Shown: positions 1 to 8,169, numbered from the stretch's first letter. The stretch is DNA of 16,307 nt from an archaeon (GCA_043806035.1 JAZDHK010000038.1:1-16307); one strand, 5' to 3'. Notes: generated by a model not told the origin, from the letters alone. Made by a program: numbers and translations.

Positions 1-759
1 TCCTTCCTCATTTGGGAAGAGAAGACGCACAAGGAACTCACGGCAAGGAAACGATACATGATCCATTACGTGAGGCAGCATTGGGCGACCATCAAGATGT
101 ACACGAACTGGATACGTCCGTACTTGAGGAGCATCGGCAGGCTCACCATGCGCGAGAAGTACTTGAGCAGCCCAGAAATCATCACTGCATTCGAGACGGC
201 GGTAACGGAAGTGGAATTCTTCGCCACAAAGCCGCCCACCAATGGCTACCATCCGGTCATTATCGCCAGCTTCAAGTTCAACACAAAGCCCATGCTGCAA
301 TTTCAGCAGGACAGCTACCAAGCGCGAGGGGCAATCCACGTCGGCAAAGTTGAACTCACCTTGCGTGCATACTCGTGGAAGCCAGAGCATATAGAACAGT
401 TCAGGAAACTCAGGGAAGAAGAGGACATGGAAATCATGAGCCTCGTGGACAGTAGTGTTGCCGCGGCTATGGAAGCGCTCGGCGACGACCTCGAAAAATA
501 CCTCAAAGAGGCCGGAGAAGATATCGAGCGGCAGCAGGAGGCTGCGAAGGAAGAGCCTCGACTGGCAAATGCCGCAGAGCCGTTCATAGCCCTCTTTGGC
601 GGCTTTGGAGAGATGTTCAAGGCATTCTTCCCGCTGTTCAAAAGCGACAAGAAAGCAAAGGACACGAGCAACGACGGTGCTGCCAAGAAAGATGCCACCA
701 TCAGCATCTGGCTGGCATACAAGAATTATAAGAAGAGCCACGGCATGCTCTCCTGGTGA
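1..759 (+). CDS. Hypothetical protein, 5'-truncated by the window edge
   Basis: Frame +1 is open from base 1 (SFLIWEEKTHKELTARKRY-MIHY...) to TGA 757-759, so ATG 58 is probably internal. Codon usage matches the neighbouring genes. No recognisable motif. Confidence 0.85.
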   Translation, partial: SFLIWEEKTHKELTARKRYMIHYVRQHWATIKMYTNWIRPYLRSIGRLTMREKYLSSPEIITAFETAVTEVEFFATKPPTNGYHPVIIASFKFNTKPMLQFQQDSYQARGAIHVGKVELTLRAYSWKPEHIEQFRKLREEEDMEIMSLVDSSVAAAMEALGDDLEKYLKEAGEDIERQQEAAKEEPRLANAAEPFIALFGGFGEMFKAFFPLFKSDKKAKDTSNDGAAKKDATISIWLAYKNYKKSHGMLSW

Positions 760-771
760 AAAGGTGAAAGC

Positions 772-1293
772 ATAGCGAAGACAAGCGCCGACGATCCCGC
801 ATTGGCGCGGATCAGGAAACTGCAGGACATCGAGCGGCAGCGAAAAAAAGAGCTCGAGGAAATGGAGAAGAAAAAGCGAGAGCTCGAGCACGCCACGAAG
901 GAATTGGAAGAGAGCATCCAGGAACAGCAGCAGGACGAGCAGAAACTCCTGGAAGAGCAGGAGGAGGAAGAGCGCAAGAGAAAGATGGTTGAGCAGCTTG
1001 ATCTCGGCCAGCTCGTCAAAGACTCCCCTCGCGTGGAAGAGATCATCAAGGGCGTCCCACAGGACGTGTACGGCATCACGGACTATAACGTCGTCACGAC
1101 CATGGAACGCATCATGCAAGAGGCAGAGAGCAGGAATCTCACGACGGAAGAGCAGCAGTTCGTAGAGAACGTACAGTACAATATGGAAAAACTTAAGGAA
1201 GACAATCCATACATAAAGAAAGAGCAGGAACAATACCTAAAACGGGTGGACGGCGTCCTCAAGAACCTGGACAAGAAATTAGGATTGGGATAG
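772..1293 (+). CDS. Acidic/charged coiled-coil hypothetical protein
   Basis: Long E/K/Q/R-rich helical N-terminal half. GGTGA at 763-767 lies 4 nt before an in-frame ATA at 772. The alternative start is TTG 802. Stop TAG 1291-1293 is 1 nt before the next ATG. Confidence 0.8.
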   Translation: MAKTSADDPALARIRKLQDIERQRKKELEEMEKKKRELEHATKELEESIQEQQQDEQKLLEEQEEEERKRKMVEQLDLGQLVKDSPRVEEIIKGVPQDVYGITDYNVVTTMERIMQEAESRNLTTEEQQFVENVQYNMEKLKEDNPYIKKEQEQYLKRVDGVLKNLDKKLGLG

Positions 1294-1294
1294 C

Positions 1295-3229
1295 ATGATA
1301 TTCAACACCAACTACTACCACAGCCTCGACCAGAACTACTTTTCTGCAGAGAAGGAAGCAGCAGTGCCTTTTCCTCAGCAAGAACAGGCGATAGAAGGCA
1401 TGCAACTCAACGAGATAGGTACCTCCACGAATCCCATGGAGCACGTCTTGAACAGCGTCCAGGCGAAGATCAAGGAAGGAGCAGGCAAGATAGAATTCTC
1501 ATTCATGGGCAAGGGAAAGAGCAACAGCCAACAACCCTCTCCTGAAGCGTTCGGCTCCCAAGTCAGAGAAGACATCAGAGCATTGATGAAAATCAACGAG
1601 ATGGAGACGAGCACGCATGCCGCTCTGCACGGCGAGAGCCTTGCAGGACTGGGCAGGGAAGGCTTCGAGCGCAAGAGACAGGAAGAAGCGCTCAAGGAAA
1701 TCAAGCGAGCCATAGACTTTGCAGGAACGGCAACGAGGGGAGGAGCAATAGTCTTCCATACGGGCGAATGGATGCGGCCGATAACGGACATCAAGGACAC
1801 GACCGGAGCAAAATTCTCAGGCTACGCCGGCGAGAACGAGGACGCACGATACTACTACGTCGACGAACGCACAGGACAGGTCATGAGCGTCAACAAGGAA
1901 CAACGCGTGTTCTTGCCAAAATTCAAGACGAACGACAGAGGAGAATGGGTTGATGTGAACGGCAGGACAATTTCCCATGATGCGCCTGTCGAGCGGTTGT
2001 TCGACCGCGTGCCTGAATGGAATTCTGAAGGGACGAATTTCAAGGTAGAGGAGAAGGACTGGAGATATTTTGAGGAGGAAGCAAAACGGTGGAATGAAAG
2101 CCATCCGGGAGAGAAGCCCATAGCTGCAGGGCAGATGATGATGATCACGCAATTGCAGAACAGAGCATTGCAGGCAAAGGGAAACTCGCTCTTCCACGCA
2201 AGGATGTATGAAGATGGAAGAGAAGATCTTGAGCAGATAAATAAGGCGCTCGAATTCTATAATGACCTGGACGAGCGCATGCCTGAAGACCAGAAGTGGC
2301 AGCTCATGACCGAGAAAGGATTCAGAATAGGAGCGAACATCCCCGGATTCAACTCGCAGACCGTATCCACTATCGAGTTCTTGAAGAAAGCGAAGAAGCA
2401 GGCTGAAGACAATCTCAGACACATCCACGAAAGTTCTGCAAACGCTGATGCTACTGCCATGGAGTCCATGCAGCAAGTGCGGCACATGAAACCCATAGAA
2501 GAATACGGCATCAAACGCACGGCAGAGACCATAGGCAAGGCAGGCATCGTCGCCATGCATGAAACTGAGCGGCAAAAAAAGCATCTCACCCAGCCCATCT
2601 TCGTCGCCCCAGAAAATTACGACCAGGAATTCTACGGGTCGCACCCGCAGGAAGTGCGCGAAGTCGTCGAGGAATCACGAAAGGCCATGCAGCAGCAACT
2701 CGTCAAAGAAGGATATGGCAAGGAAGAGGCGAAAGAGCTCGCGGCAAAGCACATCAAGGCGACGATAGACATCGGGCATCTGAACATGTGGAAGCAGCAC
2801 ATGGAAGCAAAAGCTGGCGAAAGTCCGACACAGCGTGATGCACGCTTCAAGAAATGGGTGCTGGCACACGCGGAGTCTCTCGCAAAAGATGGCATCATCG
2901 GTCACGTGCATCTCGCGGACAATTTCGGTTATGACGATGAACATCTCAGTCCCGGTCAGGGCAACGCGCCCATCAAGGAATTCATAGAAGTCATGCGCAA
3001 ACACGGCATCAAGGATTTCGTCGCAGAAGCAGGAAGCTTTAATGGAACGACGGTCCTGCAGGAAACGTGGGCGCAATTCAACAGCCCCATCTACGGCATA
3101 GCCAGGTCTCCCGGATTCGGCAGCGTACGGCAGGCACACTTTGGTTACTCCGCACCGCCCAATTACATAGTGGGAGCGTACGTGCCGAGCAACGAGTGGA
3201 AGATGTGGTCTGAAGTGCAGCTGGAATAA
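1295..3229 (+). CDS. AP endonuclease family 2 / xylose-isomerase-like TIM-barrel metalloprotein with a large insertion
   Basis: Metal-ligand motifs occur in the expected order: THA, VFHTGE, APEN, TIDIGH, HVHLADN, DEHLSPGQG, VAE. 644 aa. Confidence 0.85.
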   Translation: MIFNTNYYHSLDQNYFSAEKEAAVPFPQQEQAIEGMQLNEIGTSTNPMEHVLNSVQAKIKEGAGKIEFSFMGKGKSNSQQPSPEAFGSQVREDIRALMKINEMETSTHAALHGESLAGLGREGFERKRQEEALKEIKRAIDFAGTATRGGAIVFHTGEWMRPITDIKDTTGAKFSGYAGENEDARYYYVDERTGQVMSVNKEQRVFLPKFKTNDRGEWVDVNGRTISHDAPVERLFDRVPEWNSEGTNFKVEEKDWRYFEEEAKRWNESHPGEKPIAAGQMMMITQLQNRALQAKGNSLFHARMYEDGREDLEQINKALEFYNDLDERMPEDQKWQLMTEKGFRIGANIPGFNSQTVSTIEFLKKAKKQAEDNLRHIHESSANADATAMESMQQVRHMKPIEEYGIKRTAETIGKAGIVAMHETERQKKHLTQPIFVAPENYDQEFYGSHPQEVREVVEESRKAMQQQLVKEGYGKEEAKELAAKHIKATIDIGHLNMWKQHMEAKAGESPTQRDARFKKWVLAHAESLAKDGIIGHVHLADNFGYDDEHLSPGQGNAPIKEFIEVMRKHGIKDFVAEAGSFNGTTVLQETWAQFNSPIYGIARSPGFGSVRQAHFGYSAPPNYIVGAYVPSNEWKMWSEVQLE

Positions 3230-3243
3230 CGTAGGTAAAAGTA

Positions 3244-3603
3244 TTACTTGAGTTCAGTGAGCAGCCTGTCAACAAGATCCAACGTTTTCTGTATTCCTCT
3301 TTGTTCATCGGGGGCAACCTCTCTCGGTCCTCCGACAGAACGCAGGATGGGTGAACCCAAAGAAGGCAGAGTCTGCCAGCGTACTTGTGCCTCCAGCATT
3401 TTTTTCAATTCCTGCAGAGAATTCACTGCTTTCGAATCAGCATTTATTTCTGAGACGAATTGAGAAATGTCCATTATTGCATATGCGTAGGATATGCCTT
3501 GAGGAAGGAACACACCATAGGTTTCTTTTGGTATGGCTATCTCTTTTCCATGGAGCGTATACGTGTTCATCTTTATGTCTTCATGACCGTCAGTATAGTT
3601 CAT
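3244..3603 (-). CDS. Small hypothetical protein (~119 aa)
   Basis: C-terminal part of the 305-aa track ORF. ATG at 3603 (MNYTDGHED...) is preceded by GGATGGTG and a TATA-like element at 3646-3653. It fills the gap convergent with the TIM-barrel gene. Confidence 0.65.
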   Translation of the reverse strand: MNYTDGHEDIKMNTYTLHGKEIAIPKETYGVFLPQGISYAYAIMDISQFVSEINADSKAVNSLQELKKMLEAQVRWQTLPSLGSPILRSVGGPREVAPDEQRGIQKTLDLVDRLLTELK

Positions 3604-3692
3604 AGTGCACCATCCTAAGTAACTACTCGCGAATGAACTTTCACATATAAATATTACTCTCTGCAACGTGTTGAAAAAAGGCATACGCTCTA

Positions 3693-3821
3693 GTTCCATC
3701 CTGAATCTCTTTCGCATCCCGCTCCGCATAGCATTGCAGATGCACGCATACGAGTCGGCACGTAACGGAATTGTTTGTTGATTGCTTCGCTCGGGGATGC
3801 ACGAGACGCTCAGGATGGAGC
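3693..3821. ncRNA. Candidate structured non-coding RNA or cis-element: long interrupted closing stem with internal hairpins
   Basis: Nested complementary blocks: GTTCCATCCTGA 3693-3704 / TCAGGATGGAGC 3810-3821; TCTC 3706-3709 / GAGA 3803-3806; GCATCCC 3714-3720 / GGGATGC 3794-3800. It lies between two TATA-like elements (3646-3653 and 3839-3846). Family not recognised. Confidence 0.5.
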
Positions 3822-3882
3822 CGCCGCTGAACGCAAACTTAATAAATGCAGAACGCTGCAGAGCAGAAAAAGGGGTGAGTGA

Positions 3883-4674
3883 GTGAATTTTAGGATTGAC
3901 AAGGTGCACTTGTCCAACAGCTTCTCCGAGAACGACATACACATTGCGACATCGTTCGCAAAGGAAATAAAGAAAGAGATGCACCAGCTCATCAAGGAAG
4001 TCATCCTCTTCGGCAGCACGGCGCGCAGGAAAGAGCACCATGGCGATATCGACGTGCTCGTCATCATCGACGACGTCAGCCTCAACTTCACTGAAGAATT
4101 GGTGCAGACGTACAGAATCATCCTCTACAAGATCGTCAGCAAGATCTCGAAGCACTTGCACGTCACGTCCATGAAGCTCACGAGCTTCTGGGAGTATGTC
4201 CGGGCAGGGGATCCTGTCGCCATCAACATCCTGCGCGACGGCGTTGCCTTGATCGACGTCGGCTTCTTCGACCCACTCAAACTGCTCCTACTACAAGGCA
4301 GGATCCGACCGAGCAAGGAAGCCATCTTCAGCTACTACAGCAGAGCGCCCATAACACTGACAAACTCAAAATGGCATATCCTGCAGGCGACACTCGACTT
4401 GTACTGGGCGGTCATCGACTCAGCCCATGCCGCGCTCATGACGATAGGGGAGGTGCCCGCAAGCCCTGCACACGTACACGATCTGCTCAATGAGAAGCTG
4501 GTCAGGGCGGGACTGCTGCAGAAAAAATACGCATTTGTCATGAAGAACTTCTACGATCTCAGCAAGGCCATAACGCACAATGAGATAACGGACATTTCCG
4601 GCGAGCAGTACGAGCATTATCTCGCCGAGGCAAAAGACTTTGTTTCTCGCATGGAAGAGTTTGTAAAGAAATAA
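3883..4674 (+). CDS. Minimal nucleotidyltransferase (MNT, Pol-beta superfamily) fused to a HEPN-like domain
   Basis: GTG start after GGGGTGA. N-terminal LFGSTAR...GDIDVLVIID motif. Helical C-terminal domain with HEPN-like LYWAVIDSAHAALM and ...YLAEAKDFVSRMEEFV. Confidence 0.85.
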   Translation: MNFRIDKVHLSNSFSENDIHIATSFAKEIKKEMHQLIKEVILFGSTARRKEHHGDIDVLVIIDDVSLNFTEELVQTYRIILYKIVSKISKHLHVTSMKLTSFWEYVRAGDPVAINILRDGVALIDVGFFDPLKLLLLQGRIRPSKEAIFSYYSRAPITLTNSKWHILQATLDLYWAVIDSAHAALMTIGEVPASPAHVHDLLNEKLVRAGLLQKKYAFVMKNFYDLSKAITHNEITDISGEQYEHYLAEAKDFVSRMEEFVKK

Positions 4675-4683
4675 AAAAGAATT

Positions 4684-6270
4684 TTACATGAACATCTTCG
4701 CAATGAGCAAGATGATCAGGACCAGCAAGAGTATTGCCACGACGATCAGCAAGCCGATATACCACGGATTGACTTCTGAAAAGGTCATGGCCTGCTCCTG
4801 TCCATACACAGGGTTTGTAAAGATAGGCGGCTGCTCAGGTAAATTCGTAGTGTCATCCTGTGGCGGCACGACCGGAGGAGAAGTCTGCCCACATTGCGCA
4901 ACGGTCAGGAGCGCAACATCGGACTCACTGTCCTTGTTCGTGTCGTAGTATGTGTTGATTTCAATCAGATACTCGCCAGGCTGCACTGAACTCGGCACGA
5001 TGACGTCAAAGCTCTTCTTCACATCGTCGTTGCTGTCCAGCTCGATGTTTTGGATGCGCTTATAAAAGTCAAGGTCATCGCTGTTCACTTCTAGTGTCAC
5101 TTTGCTCTGGTCCCTGCTTCCCGTATTCTCAATAGTAACGTCCAGCCGTGCCTTGCGTTCACAGGAAATAGAGTCTGGCGTGAGCAGCACATTCGTGATG
5201 CTGATCTCGTTGCTCTCCCGGTCCACTTTGACATCGAACGTCAAACTATCGTCGTGCCTTGCTCCGTTCTCATCCTCTCCATCAACATCGACCGTTACGG
5301 TGTACGTGTCTTCGTCAATGTCAGAATCGATGGTGAAGGAGAACATAATTTCATCCGTGTCACCCTTGCCGAGGTCTGACGCATCATCGCTGTCGTCAAA
5401 GTCGAGGTCGCTGTCAGAATCGACGTTCACTTCAATGTTCTCTATGTCGATGTCATCTCCGAATATGTTCTTGATCTTCACGGTCATGGTGATGCTGTCA
5501 CCTGGTTTCACTTTCACTTCATCGCCATCATCCGAAACTCTGTCCGAGTCTCCCGTGTCATCGTTCTCTATCGTGATGCGTTGAATTTCGAGATTGCTTT
5601 CCGTCGTGAGATAGACGCTCGCCTGTGCAGTGACGTCTTGTGTGCTCTGTCCTATGACCGAGACCTGCCCTATGTTGCGCCTGCCGCTGTCCTGATCATC
5701 AGGGATGGTCAAGAGCAACGTTATTGTTGCCTCCTGGCCTGCAGCGAGCTGTGAAGGGATGTTGAGGAATTGCACGCCATATTTTGTCGCAAGCGTGCTT
5801 GAGAGGTTGATGTTCGTTATGGTTGCTGTGCCGCTATTCCGCACAGTGAACGTTCCCGAGATGGACTGTTCACGCTCTTGCGTTGAACTGCCTAACTCAA
5901 TACTGCTTATGGTAAGGCTAGGCACGGTTGTGGAAACGGTGATTGAGAAATTTTGCTGATAAAAGGCGTCATGGTTGTCCGTTGCCTGAACTTGCACAGA
6001 AACGACTCCCGTCTGGGAAGGAAGCCAGGCAATAACGCCTGTATTCGCATCTATAATCATGCCTTGCGGGTTTATAACCAGACTGTAGGTTATGGTGTCA
6101 TTCACGTCTTGGTCAGTCGCAACGACAGTATAGGTGTACTGCTGTCCCACGGTCGCCTGCACAACGGGCTGGCTCGTGATCAGTGGTGCATGGTTCGTGG
6201 CGTTCTCTTCTGCAAGAACGGGCACGAGGAGCACTGCAAACAGCATAAGGATAGTCCATATCGTTTTCAT
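4684..6270 (-). CDS. Secreted, C-terminally membrane-anchored surface glycoprotein with several Ig-like domains (He_PIG/cadherin-like, CARDB/NEW3-like)
   Basis: ATG 6270 after GGGGG. Signal peptide MKTIWTILMLFAVLLVPVLA; N(H)AP-ITS-P...YTYTVVATDQD...TYSL...GMIIDANTGVIAW Ig repeat; beta-rich acidic domains; Pro-rich linker; C-terminal TM helix; N-x-S/T sequons. Confidence 0.88.
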   Translation of the reverse strand: MKTIWTILMLFAVLLVPVLAEENATNHAPLITSQPVVQATVGQQYTYTVVATDQDVNDTITYSLVINPQGMIIDANTGVIAWLPSQTGVVSVQVQATDNHDAFYQQNFSITVSTTVPSLTISSIELGSSTQEREQSISGTFTVRNSGTATITNINLSSTLATKYGVQFLNIPSQLAAGQEATITLLLTIPDDQDSGRRNIGQVSVIGQSTQDVTAQASVYLTTESNLEIQRITIENDDTGDSDRVSDDGDEVKVKPGDSITMTVKIKNIFGDDIDIENIEVNVDSDSDLDFDDSDDASDLGKGDTDEIMFSFTIDSDIDEDTYTVTVDVDGEDENGARHDDSLTFDVKVDRESNEISITNVLLTPDSISCERKARLDVTIENTGSRDQSKVTLEVNSDDLDFYKRIQNIELDSNDDVKKSFDVIVPSSVQPGEYLIEINTYYDTNKDSESDVALLTVAQCGQTSPPVVPPQDDTTNLPEQPPIFTNPVYGQEQAMTFSEVNPWYIGLLIVVAILLLVLIILLIAKMFM

Positions 6271-6458
6271 TGTATCCCCCATTATTGTTATACGAAACAA
6301 GTATACTACACAAACGGAATAGTGTTATCACCCCGTAGTAAATAAGACTTTATAAACTTTTTGGTTTTTTGTCGTAACAATGACCTTGGGGACGAGCAAC
6401 ACACCCTCCTTCTTTAAAAAGCACAAGCTTTAAAAGAATCCCTCCCCTAAGCAAGGAT

Positions 6459-6959
6459 ATGGGAGAACTTCCTGCACTGCCCGCACCTATAACCATTCGC
6501 TACAGCGGCATCTTCGACCTCACGGGTCTCTACAACCTCATCAGAACATACCTCGGCAATAACAAATACGATATCAAAGAGGAGATCTACAAAGACAAGC
6601 CCTACTCTACCGTCGGCAACGAAATCGAAATAGAACTGCTGGGCAAAGCAAAGATCGACGCGTACTTCAGGCACCGATTCCTCATCAAAATCCACACGTA
6701 CGAAGGCAAGCACATCGAAGTGCAGAAAGGCACCCAGAAAATCAAGATGTACAAAGGCAGAATAGAAATAAGCTTGAACGGCAAGGTGGACGTGGATTAC
6801 AACGAACAGTTTGAGAAGTACAGTCCTGCACTCAAAAAACTCCTGTTCAGCCACATCCTCAAGAAAGAGATAGAGCTCAAGCACCAAGACTTCCTGCGCA
6901 AGCAAATCTATGCATTCGCCGAAGACATCAAAAAGTTTTTAAAATTCGACGCTGAGTAA
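6459..6959 (+). CDS. Hypothetical protein, paralog of the next gene
   Basis: Clean 166-aa ORF with TTTAAAAG at 6429-6436. Aligns by eye with 6965-7474. Confidence 0.85.
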   Translation: MGELPALPAPITIRYSGIFDLTGLYNLIRTYLGNNKYDIKEEIYKDKPYSTVGNEIEIELLGKAKIDAYFRHRFLIKIHTYEGKHIEVQKGTQKIKMYKGRIEISLNGKVDVDYNEQFEKYSPALKKLLFSHILKKEIELKHQDFLRKQIYAFAEDIKKFLKFDAE

Positions 6960-6964
6960 CCACC

Positions 6965-7474
6965 ATGGCCGAGCGCAAACGCATTTCGGGAACGGACAAC
7001 ATCGAGTACGAGGGATTCTTCGACCTGAAAAAGACGTTCAAGGTACTTATTGACTGGTTCACCGAACGGGGGTATGAGCGGCACGATCAGTTGAATGCGC
7101 ACAACGCCATGGAATCAGGCAACGAGATGAGCTTGTATCTCATCTTCTTCAAGAAAATATCGGATTATGCGAAAGTCCAGATCGACATCTTCATCTCCGT
7201 GTACAATGCAAAGGACATCGAGGTGCAAGTCGACAAGCACAAGGAGCGCATGCAGCAGGGCAAGATAAAATTGTCATTCGACTGCTTCCTCATCACCGAC
7301 TACGAGAACAAGTGGGAAAGCCAGCCCATGATGTTCTTCCTCAGGACAGTATTCGATAAGTTCTTCTTCAAGATCTACACCTACCATTATGAGGAAGAGG
7401 CACGGGAAGACGGCAGGGAGGCCATGCACGAAGTCAAGAGCTTCCTCAACCTGCACAAATACCTCGCAGCGTAA
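6965..7474 (+). CDS. Hypothetical protein, paralog of the previous gene
   Basis: 169-aa ORF starting 5 nt after the previous stop. Shares the I-x-Y-x-G-x-FDL, GNE, K-I-x-x-Y, IEVQ, G-[RK]-I and DY motifs. Confidence 0.85.
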   Translation: MAERKRISGTDNIEYEGFFDLKKTFKVLIDWFTERGYERHDQLNAHNAMESGNEMSLYLIFFKKISDYAKVQIDIFISVYNAKDIEVQVDKHKERMQQGKIKLSFDCFLITDYENKWESQPMMFFLRTVFDKFFFKIYTYHYEEEAREDGREAMHEVKSFLNLHKYLAA

Positions 7475-7508
7475 GTTTTAAAAGCACCACGAGTTCTTCA
7501 CTAGCAGG

Positions 7509-7582
7509 GCCCCATTGGTGTAGCCTGGATAGCATACGAGCTTGCGGAGCTTGCGACCTGGGTTCAAATCCCAGATGGGGCA
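7509..7582 (+). tRNA. tRNA-Arg (anticodon GCG)
   Basis: Acceptor stem GCCCCAT/ATGGGGC; D-arm GTGTAGCCTGGATAGCAT; anticodon arm CGAGC-TTGCGGA-GCTTG; T-arm CTGGG-TTCAAAT-CCCAG. No intron and no encoded CCA. TTTTAAAA at 7476-7483. Confidence 0.96.
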
Positions 7583-7641
7583 TCATCGATTGATATCTGG
7601 AAGGATGCACATTTATTAATTAAGGCGCATTTCTCATTATT

Positions 7642-8169
7642 ATGCTCTCTAAGACAAAATCGGGCATCTACACTATCAGGCAGAGTACTGTAGAAGAATG
7701 GCCGTCTCTTTCCGAACGCATCGTAGCGATAGAACAGAGCAGCATGGCAGAAACAGGATACGCACTGCCTGAGGACGATTTGCGAAGCTTCTTTCAAGAC
7801 CCACATGCAATAAACGTGATAATCGAAAAAGAAAAACGCGTCGTTGGCTTCCTTTGTTCGCTTCCACTTGAGGCCGTTTGTGGACGAGAGGAAGTTCCCT
7901 ATGATACGACACATGGCACGCACAAGACCATCTACATCAGTGACATCATATTTTGTCCAGAGGAAAGAAACAGGGGCATAGGCACAAAGATGGTGCTTCG
8001 TCTTTTTAATCTAGCGAGCAAGAGCGGTTACTTTTTTGTTGCGGGTCATAGCATGCCCTCTTCAGTGAACTTACGAAAACGACTTGGAGCAAAAACGCTC
8101 TATGTCGAGCAGAATTGGGCAGATTCAGGACTACCAGCATACTATCAAGTAAATGCACTATCACGGTAG
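7642..8169 (+). CDS. GNAT-family N-acetyltransferase
   Basis: Acetyl-CoA-binding motif A (YISDIIFCPEERNRGIGTKM), preceded by a RVVGFL strand and followed by ...SVNLRKRLG. TTTATTAA at 7612-7619. Confidence 0.88.
   Translation: MLSKTKSGIYTIRQSTVEEWPSLSERIVAIEQSSMAETGYALPEDDLRSFFQDPHAINVIIEKEKRVVGFLCSLPLEAVCGREEVPYDTTHGTHKTIYISDIIFCPEERNRGIGTKMVLRLFNLASKSGYFFVAGHSMPSSVNLRKRLGAKTLYVEQNWADSGLPAYYQVNALSR

Noticed and set aside
830-990. GAG/GAA/CAG-rich low-complexity sequence resembling a repeat array
   Set aside because: It is explained by Glu/Gln/Lys codons of a coiled coil and has no repeat-spacer periodicity.
1-1293. The first two ORFs are in the same frame and separated by a single TGA, suggesting readthrough or recoding
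   Set aside because: A dedicated GGTGA site and candidate start follow the stop, and TGA clearly acts as a stop elsewhere (ATGA overlaps at 9683 and 10565). No SECIS-like element was recognised.
3693-3821. Identification of the structured element as SRP RNA, 5S rRNA or a simple terminator
   Set aside because: The branched topology with GCAG and GGAA segments loosely recalls the SRP S domain, but the CAGG/AGCA SRP54-binding loop is absent. There is no 5S consensus. It is too long for a terminator and lies between divergent genes.
3604-4161. N-terminal part of the 305-aa minus-strand ORF
   Set aside because: It is antisense to the well-supported MNT gene and runs through promoter-like and structured sequence. 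A better start lies at 3603.
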